Shown: positions 1 to 19,591 of the stretch, piece after piece
Numbering within the stretch: the first letter of the stretch is position 1
Layout: each line of letters begins with the position of its first letter
Assembly (NCBI GenBank): GCA_977017575.1
Contig: CDRNVI010000156.1
Span: 1 to 64,000 of the forward strand
Direction: 5' to 3'
DNA: 64,000 nucleotides
Origin: Paramoeba atlantica
Lineage: Eukaryota > Protista > Discosea
Position numbers and translations under genes: made by a program
Notes under the pieces: generated by a model
What the model was told of the DNA's origin: nothing
The model's input: only the letters and a program-made list of their open reading frames with translations
Databases searched by the model: none

Positions 1-425
1 GTAGTCTCTTTTTGTTGACAGACTTTTTCTCTCTTTTTGTGAAAATTATTCAGGCTTTCTTTTGTGTGGGGGTGTTGTGAGTTGTGATTTAGGAGGAGTC
101 TCTCTCCACATTTTCGTTTTCTTCATCTCCCTCTTCTACTGCTTGTTTTTTGTCCTCTTTTTTGGAAGAGAGAGAGTGTTTTTTACCATTCTTTGTTGTT
201 GTTAGATTTGTTGGAAGAGATCTTTGTTGACCTTTTTTTGAGTTTTTTCAATTTTGATAAAAGGTTTTGATTTTTATTTTTTTGAATCTTCTTTTTTCAT
301 GTTTGTGTGTGTGTGGTTATTGATTATTTATTGTTCACAGAGATCTTCATCTATTTTATTGTGTTTTTGTTCTCTTTTCAAAAGTTGTTTCTTTTTTTGT
401 TGTTGGGGGTTGGAAGTGAAAACAA

Positions 426-797
426 ATGAGTGAAGGAAAAGGAGAGAAAAAGATGGGAGGAATGGAGATTGTGGAAAGTGAGAATAAGAAGGATAAACGA
501 AAAACAAAAGAACAAACTAAGGATGATGAAAGTGGTGTTGGAGAAGAACAAGAAATAGAAGATCAAGAACAACAAAGAAAAGAGAGAGAAGGAAAACAAG
601 AGGGAGGAGAAGGAGAACAAGAGAGAGAAAAAAGAAAAAAGAGAAGGAGAGAGAAAGAAGAAGAAGAGAAAAAGAAAAGATTTGAATGTGGAATCTGTTT
701 GGAGTTGATGAATTGGGAAAAAGAACCAAGGTTGTTACCTTGTTGTGGTCTTTCTTTTTGTACTCTTTGTCTTGACAAACTCTTTCTTCAAAATCCA

Positions 798-835
<38 letters not shown>

Positions 836-2615
836 CTCTTCATGTTCATCTTCATTACAAACTGAAAAGAAGAAGAAAGGAGTGAAATGTCCAGTTTGTC
901 GAGAAATGAACGAATGCGAAACGATTGAAACACTTTCGATGAATTATTTGATTCCAGAAACGATTGATGTTCTTCTTTCTTCAAATTTGATCTCTTTCTC
1001 CAATCAATCAAGTTTTTTTTCACTTTTCTTAATTTTCTCTCTTTCCTTTTCAACCTTCCTTCTCTCTTGAGTTGATGAAAAAGAAACTAAAATAGGAGAT
1101 GGAGGAATGGAATGTGCCAATTTTGGAACGTGTGGAGAACGAACTCAAATGTATTGTTCCAAATGTGATATGTTTATTTGTGATTCTTGTGATCCATCTC
1201 ACACCTCAAACATTTTCACTCGAAATCACAAACGATCTGAAAGAGATGGTGTTGATGGTGATGGAAGAAGATTGGAGGAGGTGATGGGATTGGAGAATTT
1301 GAAGAAGAGAGAATGTTCAAAACACCCATCTGAAACAATTTGTGGATATTGTTTTCAATGTTCTTCTTTTGTTTGTATTTGTTGTATTCTTGAAACACAT
1401 GATGATCACAATGAGAAAGTGAAATCAATTGAAGAAAGTATTTTGGAGAAGAAAAATGAAATTGTAAAGATTGGAGATAAATTGGAGAGAAGATTGATCG
1501 AGATTGAAAGGAAAAGAAATAGAATTGAAAAAGAAATAAAAGAATTAGAAGAGAAATTAGAAAAGAAAAGAATTGAAAAGAAAGAAATAGAATTAGAGAA
1601 AGAAGATTTGAGAATAAGAAAAGATTCAATCATTCGTTTATCCAACACACCAACAACAACAACTGATTGTGATGTTTCTCTCTTTTTTGATGATCAACTT
1701 TTTTCAACTCTTCTTCAAACTGCAACTGATATTGTTTCTGAAGGAGGTGTTGTTGGATTATTCTCAAAACCAAAGAAAGGAGTGATTTGTTGTGATGGTG
1801 GTGGTGATTCTTTTCGTGTTGTTTCTTCTTTTCCTTTGAAGAATGTACCTTATGGAGTGAGTGTGAACAGTGATGGGAATACTTTTATTTGTGAATGGAA
1901 GGGTGGATTGAGAGTGAGAGATAAAGAAGGAAAATCAACAATTCAGAAAACAATTGATTCACTTCAGTTGAAACCTGTTGATGTTTCAATTGGATTGAAT
2001 GATCAAATTGTTGTTCTTGATTATTCTCAAGGTTCTCGGAGAGTTGGAATATTAAACAAAGAAGGAGAATTGATCAAATCTTTTGGATCAAAAGGTTCTG
2101 AAGATGGTCAGTTTGATAGACCAGGTGGTGTGGATGTGGATGAAGAAGGTAGAATTATTGTTGTTGATACTTGGAATAATCGAATTCAAGTGTTTGATAA
2201 AGATGGATCTTTTCTTCGTTCTTTTGGTTCAAAAGGTTCTTCTGAAGGTCAATTTAATCTCCCTTCTCGTGTTGTAGTTGATAGAGATGAGAATATTGTT
2301 ATTTCTGATGCTTTCAATCATCGAATTCAAGTGATGGATATTGAAGGGAATTTTATTCGATGTTTTGGAACATTTGGTTCAGATGATTCTCAATTGAGTT
2401 ATCCAGGAAGTGTTGATGTGGATGGGGAAGGTAGAATTGTTGTTTGTGAGAAAGGAAATGGAAGAGTGAGTGTGTTTGAGAAAGATGGAACATTTCTTTT
2501 TTCATTTGGTCAAGGTTATGTGGAGAAACCGAATGGAGTTGTTATTGATTCATTTGGAACAATTATTGTTTCAGATTGGGCGAATAAGTCAATTCAATTG
2601 TGGAAATCATTTTGA
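426..2615 (+). CDS. TRIM-NHL-like protein A (RING, 2 B-boxes, coiled coil, 6 NHL repeats), 2 exons
   Basis: ORF 426-1070 has RING CGIC..CCGLSFCTLC..poly-Ser..CPVC. A phase-1 intron (GT 1012 to AG 1071, or AG 1095) joins ORF 1107-2615, which has B-box motifs (CxxCxxFICxxCxxxH; CSKH..YCFQC..VC..C..H), a K/E coiled coil and NHL repeats (F..P.GV.VD..G.I.V.D..N.RIQVF). Confidence 0.9.
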
Positions 2616-3645
2616 AAGAGAAGGTTTTTTTTGTCTTTTTTTGGTTTTTGGAGAAAAATCAAAGAAGGAATTAATTTTTTTTCTCTCCCCTTTCTCTCCT
2701 CCCTTCCTTTTAGTCTTCTTTTTCTCCCCAATTATCTTCTTCGCGATTCGATTTTTATCCTTCTTCTTGAAAAACTTTTCTCGATTTTTTTTGGGTCTCC
2801 TCTCTCTTTGTCTTTTGTTGTGTGTGATCTCTTTTCTCTTTTTTTAAGATTTTCTTTTTGTTTCTCCCACTTTTGTGTTTTTGTTGAGATTTTGATTATT
2901 CCTTTTTTGGTTTTGTTTTTTCTTTTCTGTTCTTTTTTTTTGGTTCTTTTTCTTTTTTGGTTGAATGAATTTCAATCTTCTTCAAAACTTCGAAACAACT
3001 TTATTTTTTTTGTTTTTGGGGAGAGGAGGGGGAACTCAGATTTTGGTTGATTGAATGAGAGAAACACAATTTTTGGGAAAAATGAAATTTTAGTATTGAA
3101 GATGATGATTGGCAAGACCGACTCAAAGGAGGGGAAAAGAGAAAAAAGGAATTTGTTCTTGAACTCTGTTTCTTATCTCTTTCTTTCTTCTTCTTCTCTT
3201 TCTTCGTCTCTTAATTTTGAATGTAAAGAGAGTCTTTTTTTCCTTCTTTCTTGTTTCGTGTTTCATGATTTTTTTTTTCGAAGGTGAAAAGAAGGAATTT
3301 GGAACATCAAATAAATTTGGAACTTCAAATAAATCTTTATCATTGTTGACAAGTTGATACTTCTTGCAGATCCTCGACAAGCAACTCAGCAACACACCAA
3401 AAAATCACTAAAAGATCACTTTCGAGAGCAACATAATAACAACAAAAGGGGTCAATAATTCTCATAAAAAAAACTAACAACAGAAATCAAGATTTGAAAA
3501 CAACAAACATCCAAAAAACAACCAAAAAACAAACAGAGAAACCAAAAAAAAGAAAGAAAAATAAGAAAAAACAAATCAAAAAAAACAAATAGAACCTCCA
3601 CACGAAGAACCTTCTTCCAAATTAGGTGTTCCACACTCTAACATT

Positions 3646-5898
3646 TTAGTTGTTCCAAAATTCAATTGTATTTCCGTCCTCCTCAGAAACAATAATTGAT
3701 CCAAATGAATCAACAACAATCCCACAAGGTTCGCTCATGTAATCTTCACCAAACGAAAAAAGAAATGTTCCATCTTTCTCAAACACACTCACTCTTCCAT
3801 TTCCTGTATCACAAACAACAATTCTACCTTCCCCATCCACATCAACACCTTGTGGATAACTTAATTGAGAATCACCTGAACCTTCTGTTCCAAAGCATCG
3901 AATAAAATTTCCTTCAATATCCATCACTTGAATCCGATGATTCGAACAGTCACAAATAACAATATTCCCATCTCCATCAACAACAAGACTGGCAGGATTG
4001 TTAAACTGACCTTCAGAAGAACCTTTTGAACCAAAAGAACGAAGAAAAGATCCATCATTATCAAACACTTGAATTCGATGATTGTAAGAGTCCGCAACAA
4101 TAATTCTACCTTCTTCATCCACATCCACACCATTTGGATCACTAAACTGACCATCTTCAGAACCAAATGATCCAAAAGATTTGATCAATTCTCCTTCCTC
4201 GTTTAAGATTACAACTCCATAAAAATCTAGAGAACAATCAAGAACAACAATTTGATCATTCAATCCAATTGAAACATCAACAGGTTCCAACTGAAGTGAA
4301 TCAATTGTTTTCTGAATCGTTGATTCAATCATCTCATTTCCTTCTTTGTCTCGCACTTTCAATCCATCACATTCGCAAATAAAAATATTCCCATCACTGT
4401 TCACACTCACTCCCAAAGGTTCACTCTTCAAAGGAAAAGAAGAAACAACACAAAACCAATCACCACCACCATCACAACAAATCACTCCTTTCTTTGGTTT
4501 GAGTAATCCAACAACACCTCCTTCAAAAACAATATCAGTTGCAGTTTGAAGAAGAGTTGAAAAAAGTTGATCATCAAAAAGAGAGATCTCAGTTGGTGTG
4601 TTGGATAAACGAATAATTGAATCTTTTCTGATTCTCAAATCTTCTTTCTCCAATTCTATTTCTTTCTTTTCAATTCTTTTCTTTTCTAATTTCTCTTCTA
4701 ATTCTATCATTTCTTTTTCAATCTTTTTTCTTTTTTCTTCAATCACAATCAATCTTCTCTCCAATCTATCTCCAATCTTTACAACTTCATCCCTCTTTTC
4801 CAAAATACTTTCTTCAATCGATTTCACTTTCTCAATATGTTGAACATGTGTTTCAAGAATACAACAACCACAAACAAAAGAAGAACATTGGAAACAATAT
4901 CCACTGATTGTTTTAGATGGGTGTTTTGAACATTCTCTCTTCTTCAAATTCTCCAATCCCACCAAACCATCATCGCCATCACCATCATCGCAAATAAGAG
5001 TTCGTTGTTGGGATCGATTGTGATTTCGAGAGAAAATAGAAGAAGAATGAGAGGAATCACAAGAATCACAAATAAAGACTTTGCAATCAGAACAATACAT
5101 TCGAGTTTGTTCTCCACACATTTCAAAATTCACACATCTTGGGACAACTTCCTCTTCTATTTTTATGTCAGTCAACTCTCCTCCAAAGAGAAAGAAAAGA
5201 AAAGAAAAAAAAAGTAAAAACCTGAAGTTGATTGATTGGAAAAAGAGATTAGATTTGAAGAAAGAAGAACATCAATCGTTTCTGGAATTAAATAATTTAT
5301 CGAAAGTGTTTCAACACTTTCACATTCGTTCATTTCTCGACAAACTGGACATTTCACTCCTTTCAAAGAGGGAGAAGAAGAGGAGGAACAAGAAGGAGAG
5401 GAAGAGGAGGAAGAAGAGGAAGAAGAAGAGGTCGGGGGAGATGAGGAAGAAGAAGAGGAAGGAGAAGAAGAAGAGGGGGAAGAAGAAGGAGAAGGATTTT
5501 GAAGAAGAAAGAGTTTGGTAAGACAAGGAAAACAAAAAGAAAGACCACAACAAGGTAACAACCTTGGTTCTTTTTCCCAACTCATCAATTCCAAACATAT
5601 TCCACATTCAAATCTTTTCTTTTTCTCTTCTTCTTCTTTTCTTTTCATCAGCACTACTCCTTCTCTTTCTCTTTCTCCTTCACTTTGTTGTTCTCTCTTT
5701 CCAAGAACATTCTCGATTCTTTCTCTTTGTTCTTTTTCATCATTAACTTCAATCACAACATCAACATCATTCTCAATTCCAACAACAGCATCATCCTGAG
5801 TAATTTGTTCTTTCTTTCCTCTTTTTGAATTTCGTTGTTTCTCAGTTCCAGCTCCGGTTGTTCCTTCTCTTTTTCTCTTTCCTCTCTTTTCACTCATT
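3646..5898 (-). CDS. TRIM-NHL-like protein B, inverted paralog of A, 2 exons
   Basis: ATG at 5898 (MSEKRGKRK). RING exon, intron about 5221-5181, then in frame into ORF 3646-5175 (B-boxes, coiled coil, NHL). Long stretches are nearly identical to copy A. Confidence 0.9.
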
Positions 5899-6553
5899 TT
5901 TTTCTTGTGCAGGTTTGTTATCTGTTCACTTTCTAATTTTAAAAAAAAGGAAGGAAAACAAAGAAAGATAAAAGATAAAAGAAAAGACAGAGAAACATAC
6001 CACAATAAACGAGAACTCAATAAAGAGAGAGAAGCCAAGAAGGAAGAGTTTAAAACCAAGAGAAGAGGAGATCGCTCTCTGAGATACAAAAGAAACCAAT
6101 GTGAGGAGAAAAAGTGAAAAAGAAAATGAAAAGAACTAAAAGAAAAATAGAAACCAAAATAACCAAGAGAAACAATTCCCACACAGAGAGAGAGAGAAAG
6201 AAACAGTTGCGTTCTTGAACAAGAAAGGATTCTGAATAAAAAGAATAAGACAAAAATAAAGAGAAAAGAGAGGTGAAAAAAAAACCTCAAAGAGAAGGAG
6301 AGGACAAGAGAAGAGAAGTGAGATCAAATCGAGTGGCAAATTAAAGATTGCTTGTTGTTTCTCCAAAAGACAAGAGAGAGAAGAAAAGAGAGAGAAGAGA
6401 AAAAAACACAAAAAAAAAGGGGGGCTAGATTTAGGTCTCTATTTTTTGTGTTCATTTTTTCGCCTTTGTTTTTTCTGTTTTCGCAACGGCTGGATTGGTG
6501 AAGAGAGAGAAAGAGAAAAGAGAGAAAGACAAGAAGCAAAGGGAGAGAAGACA

Positions 6554-14368
<7,815 letters not shown>

Positions 14369-14646
14369 TTCCATCTGATTGAGGTTTTCATTCTTTTCTT
14401 TCTTATTCTTTCTTTCTTGTCTTTTTTTACTCAAAATATGAAAACAGAGAAATTTTGCAAAGAGGAACGAAATTTAAATCTTTGCATTTTTGTCTGAGGA
14501 ACTCAGAAAATAAAGATGTCAAAACAACCAAAAAAATATCACTGAAGCAAAGAAAAAGAAATCTTTGATTCAAAACTTTACAAATGAAACCAGTTTGTTC
14601 TGTGAATGTTTTTTGTTGTTGTTGTTGGTTGTTATGTTTGTCTTTT

Positions 14647-15397
14647 TTAATATTTTGCACCTTTAATGAGAGGTTCAAACTTGAAATTTGGTTCCTCAGA
14701 AAGCATAAGAGAAGGAAGAATTTGAAACATTTCATCAACATTTCTACTCGCCTTTGCGCTCGTTTCAAGAAATGGGATCCCTTTTTCTTTTGCCAATTGT
14801 TCTCCTTCCTCTCTCGAAACTTCTCTCTCTTCTCCAAGATCTTCCTTATTTGCAATGAGCATCCCAAAAGTGATTTTTTTCACTCTTTGGACCTCGTCAA
14901 AATATCTTCTTATTTCTTTAAAAGAGCTTCTTGAAGTGATTGAATAAACAAAAAAAAATCCTTCTGCTTGTTCCCATGGTCTCCGCATTCGATTGATCTC
15001 TTCTTCTGAAATGGTATCTTTTGATATTTTAGAGAGAGAGAGAGAAGAAGAGAGAGAAAAGGAGAACCAAAAATCTCAATCATGATCGAACCGTGGCCGA
15101 AGAGAAAATATTGTTTGCGAAAACTGTTCAACTTTTGGTCTCACAAAAAAGAAAAAAAGAAAGAGAGAAACAAAAAACCTGTCTTCAATGGTTGGGTCAT
15201 ACTCATCCATAAAACGGTTCTGGAAAAGCCTTCAAAAGAGAAGAACAAAAGAAAGAAAAAGAGAAAACAAAAAAGACCGCCAGAAACATGAAGGTCAGAG
15301 CAGATTTCCCAACACCTGGAGAACCAAGAAGCGCAACTTTGACTTCTGGAACCTTTTCAATCTTTGAAGAAGATTTTGAGCTCACCACTCCCCCCAT
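14647..15397 (-). CDS. Atypical Ras-family small GTPase, 4 exons
   Basis: MGGVVS..; G1 GSPGVGKS; effector loop DEYDPTIEDS; G3 DTISEEE; G4 NKED; G5 ETSAK; ends LIKGAKY-stop with no CAAX. Confidence 0.9.
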
Positions 15398-15796
15398 TTT
15401 CCGAAAACAAAACAAGAACAAGAAACGGAAAAGAGAAAAAGCGCTCTAAATTTTGACCTAATTTCTTTTTTTCATTTCATTTCATCCAATTTTTTTTGTT
15501 TTGATGAAAAAACCTTTGCAGTGAAAGAGAAACAAATTGTGAGTGAACAAAGAGGCATGATTTAACGTCTGAGTGGATCTCTTCAAAGAGTTGAGTTCTC
15601 CCCCCTTTCTCTTCCAGCCATGAATCTAAAAAAGGGATGAATGTGGCCATTCATCAGCTTCAATTTTTGAGATAAATTCCATTCAAATTAATAATTTAAT
15701 GAACCCAAGAAACAAAAATCAAACTCTAGTTTTTCTTCCAAGATATCCAAGATATCGTCACAAAATGAAAAACCAACTCAGAGAGAGGAGTGATTC

Positions 15797-17852
15797 TCAA
15801 TCAATCAATCTCTGCGAGAGGTCGAGGTTTTTTGGACACTGCTTCACCAACAACAAACTCTTCCTCTCTCATCTTTCTCTTTTTACTCCCTTCACTCTCT
15901 TCCTCAAGTTTTTCATTCTCCACTCGTTTGGCAGGTTTAATAGAACCATCAATGACAAGAAATTCCTTTCAAAACAAAATGCTAAGGTGAGCTTTGTTTT
16001 TGGAAATTAAAGAGAGTGAGAAAAAGTACCTGCAAGAATTTCTTAACTTTTGGTGAAACCCTTCGGACCTCTGCTGGGGTTTCTCCCTAAAAAACCACTT
16101 GGAGAAAGAACAATGGTTAACATTCATTTTTTACCCAACCTGATCTGATTTTGCTTCGATATCAGCACCATATTCACACAAAGGTTCTACAAGCTTTAAC
16201 CATCCTCCTCCTGGTCGCCCAACCGCCAAATGGAGGCAAGTCTCACCCCTCTGAAATTTAAAAAAAAATGAGGCTTGGCCAGAGGTAGATTTTTGGTCAA
16301 AAATTTACCGAATTCACTTGATGAAGTCAAGCACCACTTTCGAGAAGGAAATTCATACAATCAACAGGAGCATAATATCCAATGGATCTCACAAGTTCCA
16401 TTAATGGTGTGGCATCCTTCCCGAAGGGCATCAGAATTAATAGAGAAAACAAAAAGAGAAAAATGAACAATAACCTGATTCATTTCGTTAATATCTGCCC
16501 CTTTTTCAGTAAGAAGACGGATAATTGTGAGAGATGGGTAAGTTTTACGACAACAATGATGTAAAACGCTTTGGTTCTTTGTTTGGTTTTGATCAGTAGT
16601 GGTTTCATGGGGAAAGGAAAGAGAACGAAGAATACCCCAAAATTGTTTTTTGCTCCTTTTTCCAACAATAACTTCGCTATTTCTTCCTGATTGTGCTGAC
16701 ACGCTTCGAATAGTGGGGTTTGGGAAGAACGAAGAGTACCAAATCCATTGATTGGGGAACCCTTTGAAATCAAATGTCTCGCCAACTCAAGTTTCCCAGA
16801 ACGACTTGCAAAACAAAGAGGAGAAATATCAAGGTCCTGTTAACACTGGTTGAGATGTGAAGAGAGTGGACGTATTTTTTTTTTCACAAACCTCTTTTCT
16901 ATTCTCAAATAACTGGGAAATAACGTCAAAGTGATTTTGTGAACACGCAAGCATCATACCATCGACTCCCCCCATCCGTATTATGGCTCCATTTCGAAGA
17001 AGAAAGGAGACAATTTCAAGAAACCCATTTTCACAGGCAATGTGAAAAGGGGTCATTCCATCCTGTAAAATACACAAGCGTAAATATCCAAGAGAAAATT
17101 TTTTGGTTAAGCTCTCAAAAAAACGAAAGACTTGGTTTTGGAGATTGACAGAAGCTCCTTTTTCAACCAATAGTTGAGTGATGTCAGAGTTCTCTCCTAT
17201 GGAAGCGAGATGCAGACATGTATTCCCTTGCTTTTGAAATATTATATTGGAAGAACCTTAAAATACATTGAACAGTTCAAAAAAAAATGACTCAAAAAGA
17301 CAAACACTTCTTTCTTTGAGATCAAGAGACGTAATTTCCGCCTTCTCGCAACACTTTTTGAAGAGCTCTAAATCCCCCTCTTCAGTTGCCAGATGCAAAG
17401 CCGTCATCCCTTCCTGTGATGATGATGAGTGTTTCTTTTCAACACCAATTGAAATAAAAGAGAGATCAAAGGGATAAACCATTGAAGGCGAAACAGGATT
17501 TGCTCCTTTTTCAAGAAGGAAATTGACCAATTCGAGATTCTTGTTTCGTAGAGCAATACACAACGAATTCCAACCCCCCTTTGGGAAATTAATGCGTTTC
17601 AGGGAAAAGGATTTTTGAAAAAATGGCCAAAAAAGAAGAAAGTACTTCATTTGAGAGATCCAAATTGGCACCTTTTTCAATCAAAAGTTTGACCAACTCA
17701 AGATTGCCGATCTGAACAGCAAGACACAGAGGAATCCACCCTTCTTTCCCGCGTGGAGAAGAATCAATGTTGATTCGAAGACTGGAAAGGAGATGGTGAG
17801 CCTTCTCATAATCGCCAGCTTCCACAGCATCAATGAGTTGTCGGTCTGTCAT
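15797..17852 (-). CDS. Ankyrin-repeat gene 1 (multi-exon; in-frame TGA at 16327-16329, possible pseudogene or truncated allele)
   Basis: Exons give successive ankyrin repeats (GWIPLCLAV..LVKLLIEKGAN; GNTCLHLA; GMTPFHIAC; QTPLFEAC; GETCLHLAV) and a terminal exon with IDGSIKPAKR. The frame is open on both sides of one TGA. Confidence 0.75.
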
Positions 17853-17972
17853 AAAACAACACAAACGAAAACGAAAACGAAAAGAAAAACTGAAAAAAAG
17901 GCGAGTGGCCACGCTCGGTGCGCTTGTTTAGGGTGCTAAATTTGACTTCATCGTTTGGTGTTTCTCCATTTT

Positions 17973-19465
17973 TCATTTCTCATTTTTTTTGCTCTCTCTC
18001 TTCTCCCGTTTCTTCTCTCGACAAGATTCTTCTTTGCTCTTCCTTTTTTTTGGTCCTTCATCCTCTAATTTCAGATTCTTTTCTCGTTTTGCAGGTTTAA
18101 TTGAACCGTCAATCAGAGTGAATTCCTTTGAATGTTTTGAATCATCAATTGAGAGAATCAAAAAATTGAAGGGAAAAGAACAAGAACCGCAAGAAACTTT
18201 TTCACTGCTTCTGAGGATGTCTCATCAGCTGGAGTCTTTCCCTAGAGAATTTCGATCAGTTCACCCACGCCCAGAAATAGGAGAATCTTGAAAAAACCCA
18301 ACAAAATTCGATTTTGCTTGAGGATTGGCTCCATGTTCGCACAAGAATTCCACAAGATCAAGGTTTGACTTTGAAGCTGCAAAATGGAGACAAGTTCGAC
18401 CAGTCTTATGTTTTTGAAAGAGTTCAAAAGGGGTCATTGATATTTAAAAATGGATTTTTTTTAATTTTAAAAAAAAGAGGAGACCTGATTTGTTTTGTTG
18501 ATTTCTGCACCACTCTCCAAGAGTAATTGAATCATATCTTTCACTTGTTTCACGTAACCATAGCTTTGACTCAAACACATCAAAGGGGTGAGATCCTGAA
18601 AGAAAAAAAATGAAAAAAACTTGTGAGAATATTTTGATGAACAAAACTTAGTTAATCACTCGAAAGTTTTCATTGACATCCGCTCCATATTTAATGAGAA
18701 CTCGAAATACTTCTAAACACTGAGAGTCAACTGTGCAACATTTGTGGAGAGGTCTTTCATATTCCTAATTTTTGAAATTAATGGGAATCAATTTGAGAGT
18801 GAGAGAAATCAAACCCCAAATGACATTTGTGCTCCATTTTGTAAAAGCAACTCGACCATCTCAACATTTTTCGACATACAAGCAATTCGAAGAGGTCCCC
18901 CCCAGCCTGAGGCGATTGGACAATTCTTTGAAATCAAGAAACGCGCAAATGGAAGGTTCTTTTCATCGCAAACAGAAATAAGAGCTCTGCCCGTCAGATC
19001 CTAATAAAATGGTTTCCATCATTCTTCAAAATCACCAAAACAAAAATTGAATGGACAGAAAGAAAGTAATCTCACACAAACCCCTTCCATATTTTCAATA
19101 AAAAAAGAGGCCACATCGAGAGGATAAATGGTACAAGAGACAATCACCCCATCTTTCGGGGGCAGATACCTCGTCCGATTCAGAAGAAAAACATCGGCCC
19201 CATTTTTGATTAATAGTTTTATCATTTCGACATCCCCTCTTTCACAAGCAAAATGCAAAACAGTTCGGCCAGATTTGCCTGTTGAACAATAAAATGATGA
19301 TGATGAGAATCTGGAAAAAAAAGGAGAAGTTGGACTTAGAAGAAGAAGAAGACTCTTTCCTCGAAGTTCTCGATTGATTTGAATTTTTGTTGAATTTGAA
19401 AGGAGGTTTTGAGCTGTCTCACAATCACCAGCTTCCACAGCAGCAAGCAACTGACGATCTGTCAT
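17973..19465 (-). CDS. Ankyrin-repeat gene 2, tandem paralog of gene 1
   Basis: Same N-terminus (MTDRQL..AVEAGD), repeats GRTVLHFAC, DLTPLMCL and GRTCLHFAA, similar intron positions in the 3' half, terminal exon IDGSIKPAKR plus a basic tail. Confidence 0.85.
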
Positions 19466-19591
19466 CACCAAGAACCGAAAAGAAACCGAAAGAGAAGAAC
19501 GAAAAAGAAAAGGGGGGGAAAAGGGCTCTAATTTTTCGCTTTTTTTGTTTTCCGTTTTTCTCCTTCTCTTTCAAGAGGTGAAGAGAGGGAG

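Noticed and set aside
3051-3395. Small ORFs between the TRIM genes, with a short direct repeat (aatttggaac[a/t]tcaaata x2)
   Set aside because: No recognisable domain or supportable exon chain; may be UTR.
16327-16329. TGA as selenocysteine or genome-wide UGA reassignment
   Set aside because: TGA ends several intact genes here (TRIM A, RECQL4, PTB, lectins). The position aligns with Glu/Asp, not Cys, and I saw no convincing SECIS.
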